A stretch of 64,000 bases of DNA, taken from the NCBI GenBank assembly GCA_040753015.1, contig JBFMHM010000003.1, positions 83,463-147,462 of the forward strand. Reading direction: 5' to 3'. Shown here piece after piece: positions 51,779 through 61,623 of this stretch. The DNA is from Candidatus Omnitrophota bacterium (lineage in GTDB: Bacteria; Omnitrophota; Gorgyraeia; Gygaellales; JBFMHM01). How positions within the stretch are numbered: the stretch's first letter is position 1; each line of letters opens with the position of its first letter. The position numbers and the translations under genes were made by a program. Below the pieces are notes generated by a model. That model had not been told where the DNA came from, searched no databases, and saw only the letters and a list, made by a program, of their open reading frames with translations.

Positions 51779-51872
51779 TAACCACAAAGATGCTAAATCA
51801 GTTAAACCGCTAAAAATTTAAACTAATAAATGGATTTTTCGCTTCTTGTGGTTTTTTTGCGCTTTAGCGGTT
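51779..51872 (-). promoter_or_regulatory. Candidate structured rpsB leader (interleaved inverted repeats able to form a pseudoknot)
   Basis: On the mRNA strand the order is AACCGCUAAA, AAACCACAAG, UUUAGCGGUU, CUUUGUGGUU, then SD and start. The two helices cross, so they form a pseudoknot or are mutually exclusive. Confidence 0.35.
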
Positions 51873-51935
51873 GCAATCCCATCACAGAATATTTTTAGAG
51901 TATATCATAAATTAATTTTCTTGCAAATATTTTTT

Positions 51936-53720
51936 CTATAGGCTCTGCATTTCGTATAGCCTGCTATAAAGACCTTGTTTCTGGATTAATTGTTGATGAT
52001 TACCGCGCTCAATAATTATCCCTCGCTCAAGCACAATAATCTGATCAGCGCTTACAACTGTAGAGAGCCTATGCGCAATGACAAATACGGTGCGCCCTTT
52101 CATTAAGATTGAGAGTGCCTCTTGAACAAGCCTTTCAGACTCACTGTCAAGCTGAGATGTTGCCTCGTCAAGAATTAAAATCGGCGGGTCCTTTAAAATT
52201 GCCCTTGCAATGGCAATACGCTGCCTCTCTCCTCCGGAAAGCTTAACCCCCCTATCACCAATAACTGTATCCAAACCCTGTGGTAAATTTTGAATAAAAT
52301 CATAGGCATTCGCCTTTTTTGCTGCCTCAATTATTTTTATTTCATCAATCTCAGGGTGGCCGTAAGAAATATTACCTTTAACTGAATCGTTGAAAAGTAT
52401 AGTTTCTTGAGTAACTATACCAATCTGCCTTCGCAAGGACTCTATCTTTACATCCTTTATGTCAATGTTATCAATAATAATCCTGCCTTTATAAGGATCA
52501 TAAAACCTTGGTATTAGATCAACAAGGGTGGATTTGCCAGCGCCTGACGGACCGACAATCGCAAGCACCTTCCCTACCCCAATATTAAAATTAATCTCCT
52601 TCAGGATATTTTCATCTTCATATTTAAACCAAACATTTTCAAACCTAATCTCATTATTTGGAATAGGTAAATTAACAGCACTGCCTGTATCCTTTATCTT
52701 TACATCTGCTTCCAGAACTTCAAAAATCCTAGTTCCAGCAGCAATCGCTCTTTGATTTATTGAATGCACATTAGCTAATTTCCTAAATGGCTTAATTAAC
52801 TGAAAAACAGAGGTCAGAAAAAAAGCAAATACACCAAAAGATAACTTATCCTGAATCACATCGCGCCCGGCAAAATAAAAAATGATTATGGCAAAGAATA
52901 CGCCAATAATTTCAGTAAGAGGCCCCAAGGCAAGCGTACGTTTAATTAATTTCATCATAATTTTGTAAAATTCTTTATTTTGCGTTTTAAACTTGGCGAC
53001 TTCATATTTTTCCATACAAAATGCTTTAACAATACGTGCTCCCGACACAGTCTCAAATAGAAGCGAATTGATATCAGCCATTTTTTCTTGCAACTGACGT
53101 GATACTTTCTTCAACAATCTGCCTATTTTAAACATTGGCCAAGCCATTAAACCCATCATTATTATTAAAAAAATCGCAAGCTTAAAATACATAAAAAAAA
53201 TAAGAAAAGTAAAAAGAATAATCTGGCAGATTTGATATATCAAATCTTTTACTCCATAGCTTACAGCATTTTCAACCTGCATTACATCATTAGTAATCCT
53301 TGAAACAATCTCACCGGTCCTTCTTGAAGTATAATATTCTAAAGATAGGTCTTGCAACTTAAAATATATATCGTTACGAATATCCTTTACTACACGTTGG
53401 CCGATATTAGACATAAAATAATCTTGAAAAAAATTAAAAAACCCTTTTAAGATAAAAAGCGCAGGAATCAAAAAAACTAGAATTCTTAAAAAATTATCTG
53501 GCTGTATTGAATTAATGTAACTAATCAAATTTTGGATAAATGGCGGTAGTTTTTCTGCAAAAATAATGCTTTTTTTAGTCATTATTTTGTCAGTAACCGG
53601 CACAATCATGCTTAATGTTATACCATCAAAGATTGTTGAAAATACTGTACAAATAAAAGCAAGGCCAAGTATGCCCGAATGTGGTTTTAAAAATTTCAGT
53701 AAACGAAAATAATCTTTCAT
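51936..53720 (-). CDS. ABC transporter permease/ATP-binding protein, MsbA-like lipid A exporter
   Basis: Six-TM N-terminal domain plus C-terminal ABC with Walker A GPSGAGKST, signature LSGGERQR and Walker B ILILDEATS. Adjacent to lpxB. Confidence 0.75.
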   Translation of the reverse strand: MKDYFRLLKFLKPHSGILGLAFICTVFSTIFDGITLSMIVPVTDKIMTKKSIIFAEKLPPFIQNLISYINSIQPDNFLRILVFLIPALFILKGFFNFFQDYFMSNIGQRVVKDIRNDIYFKLQDLSLEYYTSRRTGEIVSRITNDVMQVENAVSYGVKDLIYQICQIILFTFLIFFMYFKLAIFLIIMMGLMAWPMFKIGRLLKKVSRQLQEKMADINSLLFETVSGARIVKAFCMEKYEVAKFKTQNKEFYKIMMKLIKRTLALGPLTEIIGVFFAIIIFYFAGRDVIQDKLSFGVFAFFLTSVFQLIKPFRKLANVHSINQRAIAAGTRIFEVLEADVKIKDTGSAVNLPIPNNEIRFENVWFKYEDENILKEINFNIGVGKVLAIVGPSGAGKSTLVDLIPRFYDPYKGRIIIDNIDIKDVKIESLRRQIGIVTQETILFNDSVKGNISYGHPEIDEIKIIEAAKKANAYDFIQNLPQGLDTVIGDRGVKLSGGERQRIAIARAILKDPPILILDEATSQLDSESERLVQEALSILMKGRTVFVIAHRLSTVVSADQIIVLERGIIIERGNHQQLIQKQGLYSRLYEMQSL

Positions 53721-53744
53721 AATTCTAACATTATATCAGAGCCG

Positions 53745-54701
53745 TTGACTTTGGGCAAGGGATTTGCTAGTATAAATAATGTGAAAATTAAAGTCGCAGT
53801 TATAGGCATAGGTTATTTAGGTACGCGCCACGCCCAGATTTATTCTAAAATCCCTGGTGCAGAATTATCTTTTATATGCGATATTAATATAGAAAAAGCT
53901 GCAAATCTTGCAAAAGAACTAAATACGAAAGCAACATCTGATTTTAAGGAAATCATTAAGAATAAGGTAGATGCAGTAAGCGTGGTTGTTCCAACAAACC
54001 TACACTATAAAATTACGCAAGAACTGCTTCAAAATAAAATACACTGCCTAGTAGAAAAACCAATTACTCCCTGCCTAAAAGAAGCTCAAAAACTAATAAA
54101 TCTTGCTAAAAAAAATAATCTTATTTTAAGTGTTGGGCATGTTGAACGCTATAATAGCGCATTTGTTGCTGTTAAAAAAATTATAAAAGACCCGTGTTTC
54201 ATAGAATGCCATCGGCTAGCTCCTTTCTCTGGCAGATCCCTAGATATAAGCGTAATTCTTGATTTGATGATACATGATATTGATATAGCTTTGGGATTAA
54301 TAAAAAGCAGCGTTAAGAGTATTGATGCTATAGGAGTAAAAGTCTTAACAAACCATGAAGACATTGCAAATGCCAGAATTAAATTCAATAATGGATGTAT
54401 CTGTAATTTAACTGCAAGCCGCATTTCAGACGAAGTAATGCGTAAAATACGTATTTTTGAAAACGATACATATATATCTCTGGATTATGTAAAACAAGAA
54501 GCGTCTTATTACCATAAAGAAAACGGCCAGATTAAAAAAGAAAATCTACCTATAGAAAAAGAACCGCCGCTGGAAAGAGAATTAAAAGATTTCTTAAGCT
54601 GCATAACTGAGCAAAGAAACCCTCTCGTCTCTGGCGTCGAGGCGCGGCTTGCCCTTAAAACTGCTTTTGAAATAGAAAATAAAATTCGTAATGCAAAATA
54701 A
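53745..54701 (+). CDS. Gfo/Idh/MocA family NAD(P)-dependent oxidoreductase
   Basis: N-terminal Rossmann VAVIGIGYLGTRHA, EKP motif (VEKPIT) and C-terminal Gfo/Idh/MocA fold; 3' end overlaps lpxB by 11 nt. Confidence 0.7.
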   Translation: MTLGKGFASINNVKIKVAVIGIGYLGTRHAQIYSKIPGAELSFICDINIEKAANLAKELNTKATSDFKEIIKNKVDAVSVVVPTNLHYKITQELLQNKIHCLVEKPITPCLKEAQKLINLAKKNNLILSVGHVERYNSAFVAVKKIIKDPCFIECHRLAPFSGRSLDISVILDLMIHDIDIALGLIKSSVKSIDAIGVKVLTNHEDIANARIKFNNGCICNLTASRISDEVMRKIRIFENDTYISLDYVKQEASYYHKENGQIKKENLPIEKEPPLERELKDFLSCITEQRNPLVSGVEARLALKTAFEIENKIRNAK

Positions 54702-55806
54702 AAAAGTTTTTATTGTTGCTGGGGAGTTGTCTTCAGATACCTATGCTGCAAATCTTGTTAAAAGCATTAAATTAATAAATCCTGCTATTGATTTTTATGG
54801 CCTCGGCGGCAAAAAAATGTCTGACGTAGGCGTAAAAATATATCATAATCTTGTTGACTTAGCTGTCGTTGGTTTTTTTGAAGTACTAAAAAATTATCCA
54901 AAATTTAAAGCAATATTTAATGACACACTATCTATAATTGATATCTTAAAACCCGACTGTATTATTTTAATCGATTACCCTGGTTTTAACCTAAGACTTG
55001 CGAAAGAGATTAAAAAACGGAAGATAAAGATAATTTACTATATTTCTCCACAGGTTTGGGCATGGGGCAAGGGCCGCATAAAACTTATCAAAAAATACGT
55101 AGATAAAATACTAGTCATTTTTAAATTTGAAGAAGATTTTTATAAGAAATACGGTATCGATGCAACTTTCGTAGGCCATCCTCTGCTTGAATTTTTACCT
55201 AAATACATAAAACAGTCTTCTGAAAATAAAATTGCCGTTTTGCCTGGGTCGCGTATAAAAGAAATTAATTTTAATTTGCCAATCATGCTTAAAAGTATAA
55301 GATTGATCAAAGAACAACTCCCTCTCTACAAGTTTGTCTTAATTAAAACACCAACAGTAGCGCAAACTGAATTTGATAAATTTTTAAATAGGTTGGATAC
55401 TAATATTGAAATTGTAGAAAAAAATCATTACGAAGAATTCTCAAAGTGCAGTTTTGCCATCGTTGCGTCAGGCACAGCAACTGTAGAAACTGCAATCTTA
55501 GAAATACCGTTTGTTATTGTATATAGAATTAGTAATCTAACAGCATTTTTTTTAAAACACATGATTAAAATACCCTATATTGGCATGGTGAATATTTTAG
55601 CTGGCAAAAAAATTATTGAAGAATTCCTACAAGAAAAAGCAATCCCAGAAAAAATTGCCGACTATACAATTAATATATTAAATAATCCTGTAGAAATTAT
55701 AAAAATAAAATATGCCCTTAAGAATATTAAGGGCATATTACAATATTCACCTAATACATCCGCATCAGAAACTGCGGCAAAAATTATCCTTCAACAAATA
55801 AGCTAA
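54691..55806 (+). CDS. lpxB: Lipid-A-disaccharide synthase
   Basis: N-terminal KVFIVAGELSSDTYAANL and GT-B fold (GT19), ~371 aa. Confidence 0.8.
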   Translation: MQNKKVFIVAGELSSDTYAANLVKSIKLINPAIDFYGLGGKKMSDVGVKIYHNLVDLAVVGFFEVLKNYPKFKAIFNDTLSIIDILKPDCIILIDYPGFNLRLAKEIKKRKIKIIYYISPQVWAWGKGRIKLIKKYVDKILVIFKFEEDFYKKYGIDATFVGHPLLEFLPKYIKQSSENKIAVLPGSRIKEINFNLPIMLKSIRLIKEQLPLYKFVLIKTPTVAQTEFDKFLNRLDTNIEIVEKNHYEEFSKCSFAIVASGTATVETAILEIPFVIVYRISNLTAFFLKHMIKIPYIGMVNILAGKKIIEEFLQEKAIPEKIADYTINILNNPVEIIKIKYALKNIKGILQYSPNTSASETAAKIILQQIS

Positions 55807-55807
55807 A

Positions 55808-56944
55808 TTATTTTATCTCAATATTACTTTTTGCAGAAAATTTGTTATTATCTTTATCTGATTCTGCCAATAAATTATCTCTATCTAAAAACACAGAGAG
55901 ATCACATCCGCCTTTATTCTTAAATTTATAACTAAATTCATAGGTCTTAGAACCGCCATTTGGCAAAATATCCTTTAAAGAAAAAGGGATTTTATCTCCG
56001 CAAATAGATACCTCTCCATCAAGCTTTTTTACAGCCATATTGCCTTGGTTTTTGACTTTTATACTTAATGTCGCGGTTATGCCATTTGTAATCTCTACAG
56101 TATCTTTATATTTTGACAACTCAATTGTTTTTTCAGGTAGTATAAGTTTTACGCTATCCAAACTTACATCTGTAAAATAAACTATAATTTCTTTTGTAAT
56201 AAAGCCATCATCTTTTCTTGTCTCTTTTAGCTCATTATCTGGGTCAACTATTGCTTCAATCACATGGCGCCCGCCTTGGTTAACTTCGAATCTATGATTG
56301 ACTTTAAAAACCTCTTTTTTATTTACATCTAAACTCTTAACTACTATATCTGAACCAATAGCCTTTCCATCAATTAATATTCTGTACTTAAATTCGCTGC
56401 TTGCGTCTTTGCCGTTATTGATTAATGTCAAATTAAATTCTCCGTCAACCGGCACGGTTAACTCTTTCTTATTATCTTTGGATATAAAATCAAATTTAAC
56501 AGGACGGATATTAACATTCCTGTTAACAATTAATTTTTTTTCGTTCGCGATAATTTCTTTCTTAAAAATGTCCGAATCTAATTTAACACGGCTAACATAT
56601 TCCCCCGGTTTATCAAATAAATAGTTAAAATCAAAAGCTCGCTGCCTGCCAGCACTTATGCCAACAACACCTTCAGAAACTTTTTTCCAATCTAGGCCAT
56701 TTTTTTCTTTTATTTCAATAATAAATTTTAAATTATTGATTGGATCTTTAGTATTATTTTTTATAGTTAATTTACCACTGGATTTTATATAAGTAAAAAT
56801 ATCCTTGAACCCATATGCAGGGATAAATTCCAAAGATTCTATTGTTATTGCATCTGATTTGTTATCTTGAGCCTGTGTAAAACCAATAAAACTGACGATA
56901 AATATAAAAATTAAAACAAATATAAACTTTCCTGTGCGCATCAT
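55808..56944 (-). CDS. Secreted protein with CARDB-like repeat domains
   Basis: Signal peptide; CARDB-like pattern TLINNGKDAS...IDGKAIGSDIVVKSL...GGRHVIEAIVDPDNELKETRKDDG. Confidence 0.4.
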   Translation of the reverse strand: MMRTGKFIFVLIFIFIVSFIGFTQAQDNKSDAITIESLEFIPAYGFKDIFTYIKSSGKLTIKNNTKDPINNLKFIIEIKEKNGLDWKKVSEGVVGISAGRQRAFDFNYLFDKPGEYVSRVKLDSDIFKKEIIANEKKLIVNRNVNIRPVKFDFISKDNKKELTVPVDGEFNLTLINNGKDASSEFKYRILIDGKAIGSDIVVKSLDVNKKEVFKVNHRFEVNQGGRHVIEAIVDPDNELKETRKDDGFITKEIIVYFTDVSLDSVKLILPEKTIELSKYKDTVEITNGITATLSIKVKNQGNMAVKKLDGEVSICGDKIPFSLKDILPNGGSKTYEFSYKFKNKGGCDLSVFLDRDNLLAESDKDNNKFSAKSNIEIK

Positions 56945-59152
56945 TTAATCTCCCTTCGTTAGATTTTTTGTTAACGAATCCCGCCAAGCATTATTAATTA
57001 CCTCTTTTGATAAATTAATAACTATTTTTGAATTAATTGAAACCTTAAAACTATTATTGCTCACTTTACCAATAATCTCAAGAGGTATTTCTGTTTTTCT
57101 TGCAATTTTTCTAATTTTTTCTATATTCTTCACATCACACGAAATAACTATCCTTGACTGCGACTCACCAAATAAAAGTGCATCAGGCCTTATTCTAGAA
57201 TAAAGTGAAATCTCGGCACCCAATAAACATTCTTTATTAGAAATACAGCTTTCAACAATTGCAATTGCAAGCCCGCCCTCAGAGCAATCATGAGCCGAAT
57301 TAACCAGGCCTTTTTCGATTAATTCTAGAACGGTTTTTTGCACACGTTTTTCCAAATCTAGATTAAGCCTTGGTACTCCTCCGGCGGTTTTTTTATGAAT
57401 AACCTTTAAGTATTCTGATGCGCCAAGCTCATCTAAAGTTTTTCCTAAAAGAATAACTGCATTATCTTTATTTTTAAAACCTTGAGTACAATGTTTATTT
57501 ATATCCTTAATTATGCCTATCATTCCAATGCCTGGCGTAGGATATATTGCACCCTTGGGTGATTCATTATAGAAAGATACATTGCCACTAACAACTGGGA
57601 TATTAAATGATTTACAAGCCTTAATAATTCCTTCAATGCAATTTTTAAAATGCCAATACCGATCGGGTTTTTCTGGATTACCAAAATTAAGGCAATCCGT
57701 AATCGCTGCTGGGTCTGCGCCAGAACAAACTAAATTACGAGCTGCTTCGGCAATTGCAATCTGCGCCCCTAATTTTGGGTTTAAAAAGCAATAGCGGCTA
57801 TTACAATCTGTAGTCGCAGAAATTGCTTTTTTGGTTCCTTTAATTCTTAATACTGCGGCATCACTCCCAGGCATAACAACTGTATTAGCTTGAACCATAT
57901 GATCATATTGTTCATAAACATACGCTTTATTGCAAATTGTAGGAGAAGATAATAACTCCAATAAAATTTGATTATAATCTTTAGGTATTTTTATTGCTTT
58001 ATAATTTAGTTTCTCTAATTTTTCTAAATACTTTGGCTTTTTATACGGCATATTATAAAGCGGAGCGTCTGCCAAATCCTTTGAAGGAACTTCACAAACA
58101 ATCTTGCCTTTATCGCGAATACGCACAATACCGTTATCGGTTACCTTTCCAATAACCGCGGCATTTAAATCCCACTTTGTAAAAATTTTCTCAATTTCTT
58201 TCTCTTTGCCAGCTTTAATACAAACGAGCATCCTTTCTTGAGACTCTGACATCATTACTTCCCAGGGCTCCATATTAGGCTCCCGCCGCGGAACTTTTTC
58301 TAATTCAACATCTATACCAACACCTCCGGCAAACGCCATTTCGCTGGTTGAACAAGTCAGGCCTGCCGCGCCCATATCTTTAATCCCAATAATATATCCT
58401 GTTTCAAGCGCTTCAAGGGTTGCCTCAATCAAGCATTTCTCCATAAAAGGATCTCCAATCTGTACTGTCGGGCGCTTCTCCTCTCCTTCCTTAAATTCAG
58501 CTGATGCTAAAACACTGCATCCGCCAATACCATCCCTGCCTGTAGTTGAACCAACATACATAATTGAGTTCCCTATTCCTTGCGCACGGGCACGTGCAAT
58601 TTTATCTTTTGAGCACACACCAATACACATTGCATTTACTAAACAATTTCCGGCATAGTTTTCATCAAAATAAACCTCACCACCCACGGTTGGCACACCA
58701 ACACAGTTACCGTAGTGCTGGATACCATCTATTACACCTTTTATAATGTAACGGTTTTGTGGATTGTCAGGCATACCAAAGCGAAGCGAATCAAGGCATG
58801 CAATTGGCCTGGCACCACTTGTAAAAATGTCACGGATTATTCCACCTACGCCAGTTGCAGCGCCTTGTTTTGGTTCAACTTGTGATGGATGATTATGCGA
58901 TTCCATCTTAAAAATAATTGCCAAATCATCAACAATAATCCCGCCGGCATCCTCACCAATTAAAGTCTTATACTTACCTTTTTTTGGAAGAAGCTTAAGA
59001 TAGCCACGTGAGCGCGGATAACCACAATGCTCAGACCATTCTACAGAAAACATTGCAAGCTCTGTAGGCGAAGGTTTCCTTCCAAGTAATTCTAAAATAT
59101 GCTTATATTCGCTATCACTTAAACCTAAACTTCGGTAAACTTCTTTTTTCAT
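56945..59152 (-). CDS. purL: Phosphoribosylformylglycinamidine synthase subunit PurL
   Basis: ~735-aa small-PurL with tandem AIRS domains; [14 protein letters not shown]-terminus. Confidence 0.9.
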   Translation of the reverse strand: MKKEVYRSLGLSDSEYKHILELLGRKPSPTELAMFSVEWSEHCGYPRSRGYLKLLPKKGKYKTLIGEDAGGIIVDDLAIIFKMESHNHPSQVEPKQGAATGVGGIIRDIFTSGARPIACLDSLRFGMPDNPQNRYIIKGVIDGIQHYGNCVGVPTVGGEVYFDENYAGNCLVNAMCIGVCSKDKIARARAQGIGNSIMYVGSTTGRDGIGGCSVLASAEFKEGEEKRPTVQIGDPFMEKCLIEATLEALETGYIIGIKDMGAAGLTCSTSEMAFAGGVGIDVELEKVPRREPNMEPWEVMMSESQERMLVCIKAGKEKEIEKIFTKWDLNAAVIGKVTDNGIVRIRDKGKIVCEVPSKDLADAPLYNMPYKKPKYLEKLEKLNYKAIKIPKDYNQILLELLSSPTICNKAYVYEQYDHMVQANTVVMPGSDAAVLRIKGTKKAISATTDCNSRYCFLNPKLGAQIAIAEAARNLVCSGADPAAITDCLNFGNPEKPDRYWHFKNCIEGIIKACKSFNIPVVSGNVSFYNESPKGAIYPTPGIGMIGIIKDINKHCTQGFKNKDNAVILLGKTLDELGASEYLKVIHKKTAGGVPRLNLDLEKRVQKTVLELIEKGLVNSAHDCSEGGLAIAIVESCISNKECLLGAEISLYSRIRPDALLFGESQSRIVISCDVKNIEKIRKIARKTEIPLEIIGKVSNNSFKVSINSKIVINLSKEVINNAWRDSLTKNLTKGD

Positions 59153-59844
59153 CTTTTATTAAACGTTTCTAATATTGATTTAAAAATTAATAATCCATCT
59201 GTTGAGCCTAGCTCGCTTTCAGAACTTCTCTCTGGATGAGGCATCATACCTAATACATTGCCGGCCCTATTAATAATCCCTGCGATATTATCTAATGCGC
59301 CATTTGGATTCGCGTATTTATTTATCAATCCATCTCTATCGCAATATTGAAAAATAATTTGATTATTATTATGTAATTCGCTTAAACCACTCTCATCAAT
59401 ATAATAGTTGCCTTCATTATGAGCAATAGGAATATTTAAAATTTGATTTTTATAACACTGATTAGTAAAAGAAGTTTTATCATTTCGTACTTTAAGGTAA
59501 ACATGTTTGCAAATAAAGTGCAGCCCAACATTTCTTAACATTGCCCCAGGAAGAAGCCCTGCTTCAAGCAGAATTTGAAAACCATTACAAATCCCAATTA
59601 CAAACCTACCACGATTTGCAAAATTAATTACTTCTTTCATAATTGGCGCAAAACGAGCGATTGCGCCAGTCCTTAAATAATCTCCATAGCTAAAACCACC
59701 TGGAATAATTAAGCAATCAAAATTATTAAGGTGTGTTTCTTTATGCCACACATATTCAACGGGTTGCTGTAAAACATCCTTTACGACATAAAAACAATCT
59801 TGATCACAATTTGAACCGGGAAAAACAATAACACCGAATTTCAT
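59149..59844 (-). CDS. purQ: Phosphoribosylformylglycinamidine synthase glutaminase subunit PurQ
   Basis: Class I GATase with [15 protein letters not shown]-terminus and catalytic GICNGFQ. Confidence 0.85.
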   Translation of the reverse strand: MKFGVIVFPGSNCDQDCFYVVKDVLQQPVEYVWHKETHLNNFDCLIIPGGFSYGDYLRTGAIARFAPIMKEVINFANRGRFVIGICNGFQILLEAGLLPGAMLRNVGLHFICKHVYLKVRNDKTSFTNQCYKNQILNIPIAHNEGNYYIDESGLSELHNNNQIIFQYCDRDGLINKYANPNGALDNIAGIINRAGNVLGMMPHPERSSESELGSTDGLLIFKSILETFNKR

Positions 59845-60093
59845 TTAGATTTCCTTAATTTGGAAAGAATATTCCTCTATGATAGGATTGACTAATAATT
59901 TTTTGCACATTTCATTGACTTTATTTTCTGCATATTTTTTATCTTTTAGATTAAGCTGTAATCTAACAAGTTTACCCATACGCAAATCATTAATACCCTG
60001 ATAACCTAAGCTTTCAATAGCATGCTTCACGGTTAACCCTTGGGGATCCGCTACTGTTTTCTTTAAACTAATATAAATTTCAACTTCGAACAT
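59845..60093 (-). CDS. purS: PurS subunit
   Basis: 82 aa, VADPQG motif; first gene of the purSQL arrangement. Confidence 0.75.
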   Translation of the reverse strand: MFEVEIYISLKKTVADPQGLTVKHAIESLGYQGINDLRMGKLVRLQLNLKDKKYAENKVNEMCKKLLVNPIIEEYSFQIKEI

Positions 60094-60095
60094 TG

Positions 60096-61508
60096 CTACT
60101 CCTTCTCTAAAACATCTTTAGAAATTCTCTTGCACGGTTTAACTGGATAACATCCATCAAAACAAGCAGTACAAAAATTTTCTTTGGGCAAAGGCATTGC
60201 CTTAAGCATTCCTTCTTTGGACAAATATTTTAAGCTATCCACGCCGATAAAATCACGAATCCATTCCACACTATGGCTTGATGCAATTAATTCTTTCTTC
60301 GTTGGAAAATCTATACCAAAGAAACAAGGGAATTTTAAAGGTGGGCAAGTTACGCCCATATGAATTTCTTTTGCCCCTGCCTCTCTTAAAGCGCGCACCC
60401 TGCCTTTTGAAGTTGTCCCGCGAACAATAGAATCTTCAACAATGACGATTTTTTTATCTTTGATTACGTCTTTAATAGGGTTAAGCTTTACCTTTACCCT
60501 AAAATTTCTAATTGCTTGGCTAGGTTGAATAAATGTCCTGCCCACATAATGATTTCTGATCATACCCATCTCAAATGGCATTGAAGACTTTTGCGCAAAA
60601 CCAACTGAAGCATAAACACCAGAATCAGGTATCGGAGTAATAAGATCGGCATTAACCTTCGGGAATTCTTGGGCCAATTGTTCGCCAAGAGATTTTCTTG
60701 CCAGGTACACATTATGATTTCCAAAAATATTACTGTCTGGGCGAGCAAAATAAATGAATTCAAAAATACAAAATGAATTTTTCTTTGCCGCAAACGGCTT
60801 AAGAGAAATCAACCCTTCTTTGTTAATAAAAACAATTTCGCCCGGATCAATATCCCTTAGATAAGTAGCCCCGATTAAATCTAACGCACAAGTTTCGCTT
60901 GCTAACACATAGGCCCCATCAACCTGGCCCAAACAAAGCGGCTTAAAACCTCCAGGATCTCTTGCGCCAATTAAACAATTATCAATCATTAATACTAGAG
61001 AATACGAGCCTGATAATTGTTTTAAGGCACCAACCACGCGGTCTTTTATTTCTTTATCTTTTGCCTTTGCAATCAAATGCACGACGATTTCCGAATCCAT
61101 TGTTGTTTGAAAAATAGAACCTTCTTTTTCTAATATTTTATGAAGTTGCACTGTGTTAACAAGATTGCCGTTATGAGCAACAGCAATAGGGGCGTTTTTG
61201 AAATTTACTAAAAATGGCTGGATATTTTTTACGGTGCTTGAGCCGGTTGTAGAATAACGATTGTGGCCAATAGCTAAATGGCCTTTTAGGCTTTTAATGT
61301 TGGCTTCACTAAATACCTCGCGGACTAAGCCTTGTGCTTTACAAGAAAAGATTTTCTTACCATCATAGCTTACAATGCCAGCGCTTTCTTCGCCACGATG
61401 TTGAAGGGCGTATAGGCCAAGGTATGCAAGGCGTGATGCATCCTTATGGCCATAAATACCAAAGACGCCGCAGGCCTCACGAGGAAATCTATGCTCAATC
61501 TCCATCAA
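60096..61508 (-). CDS. purF: Amidophosphoribosyltransferase
   Basis: N-terminal catalytic Cys (ACGVFGIYG), PRTase motif, C-terminal Cys cluster for Fe-S. Confidence 0.9.
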   Translation of the reverse strand: MMEIEHRFPREACGVFGIYGHKDASRLAYLGLYALQHRGEESAGIVSYDGKKIFSCKAQGLVREVFSEANIKSLKGHLAIGHNRYSTTGSSTVKNIQPFLVNFKNAPIAVAHNGNLVNTVQLHKILEKEGSIFQTTMDSEIVVHLIAKAKDKEIKDRVVGALKQLSGSYSLVLMIDNCLIGARDPGGFKPLCLGQVDGAYVLASETCALDLIGATYLRDIDPGEIVFINKEGLISLKPFAAKKNSFCIFEFIYFARPDSNIFGNHNVYLARKSLGEQLAQEFPKVNADLITPIPDSGVYASVGFAQKSSMPFEMGMIRNHYVGRTFIQPSQAIRNFRVKVKLNPIKDVIKDKKIVIVEDSIVRGTTSKGRVRALREAGAKEIHMGVTCPPLKFPCFFGIDFPTKKELIASSHSVEWIRDFIGVDSLKYLSKEGMLKAMPLPKENFCTACFDGCYPVKPCKRISKDVLEKE

Positions 61509-61623
61509 AATATATTCCTCTCGCCAAACTCTAGCGAGTGTTATACATAAGTTTATTTAAAATTTGGTTCTCTGCTGGTAAGCACTAACAAATTAATTAT
61601 ACTATGAAATTATGTTTTGTAAA

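Noticed and set aside
61509-61623. Hairpin CTCGC-N9-GCGAG between purF and uvrD as a terminator
   Set aside because: Short stem, not followed by a U-run on the relevant strand.
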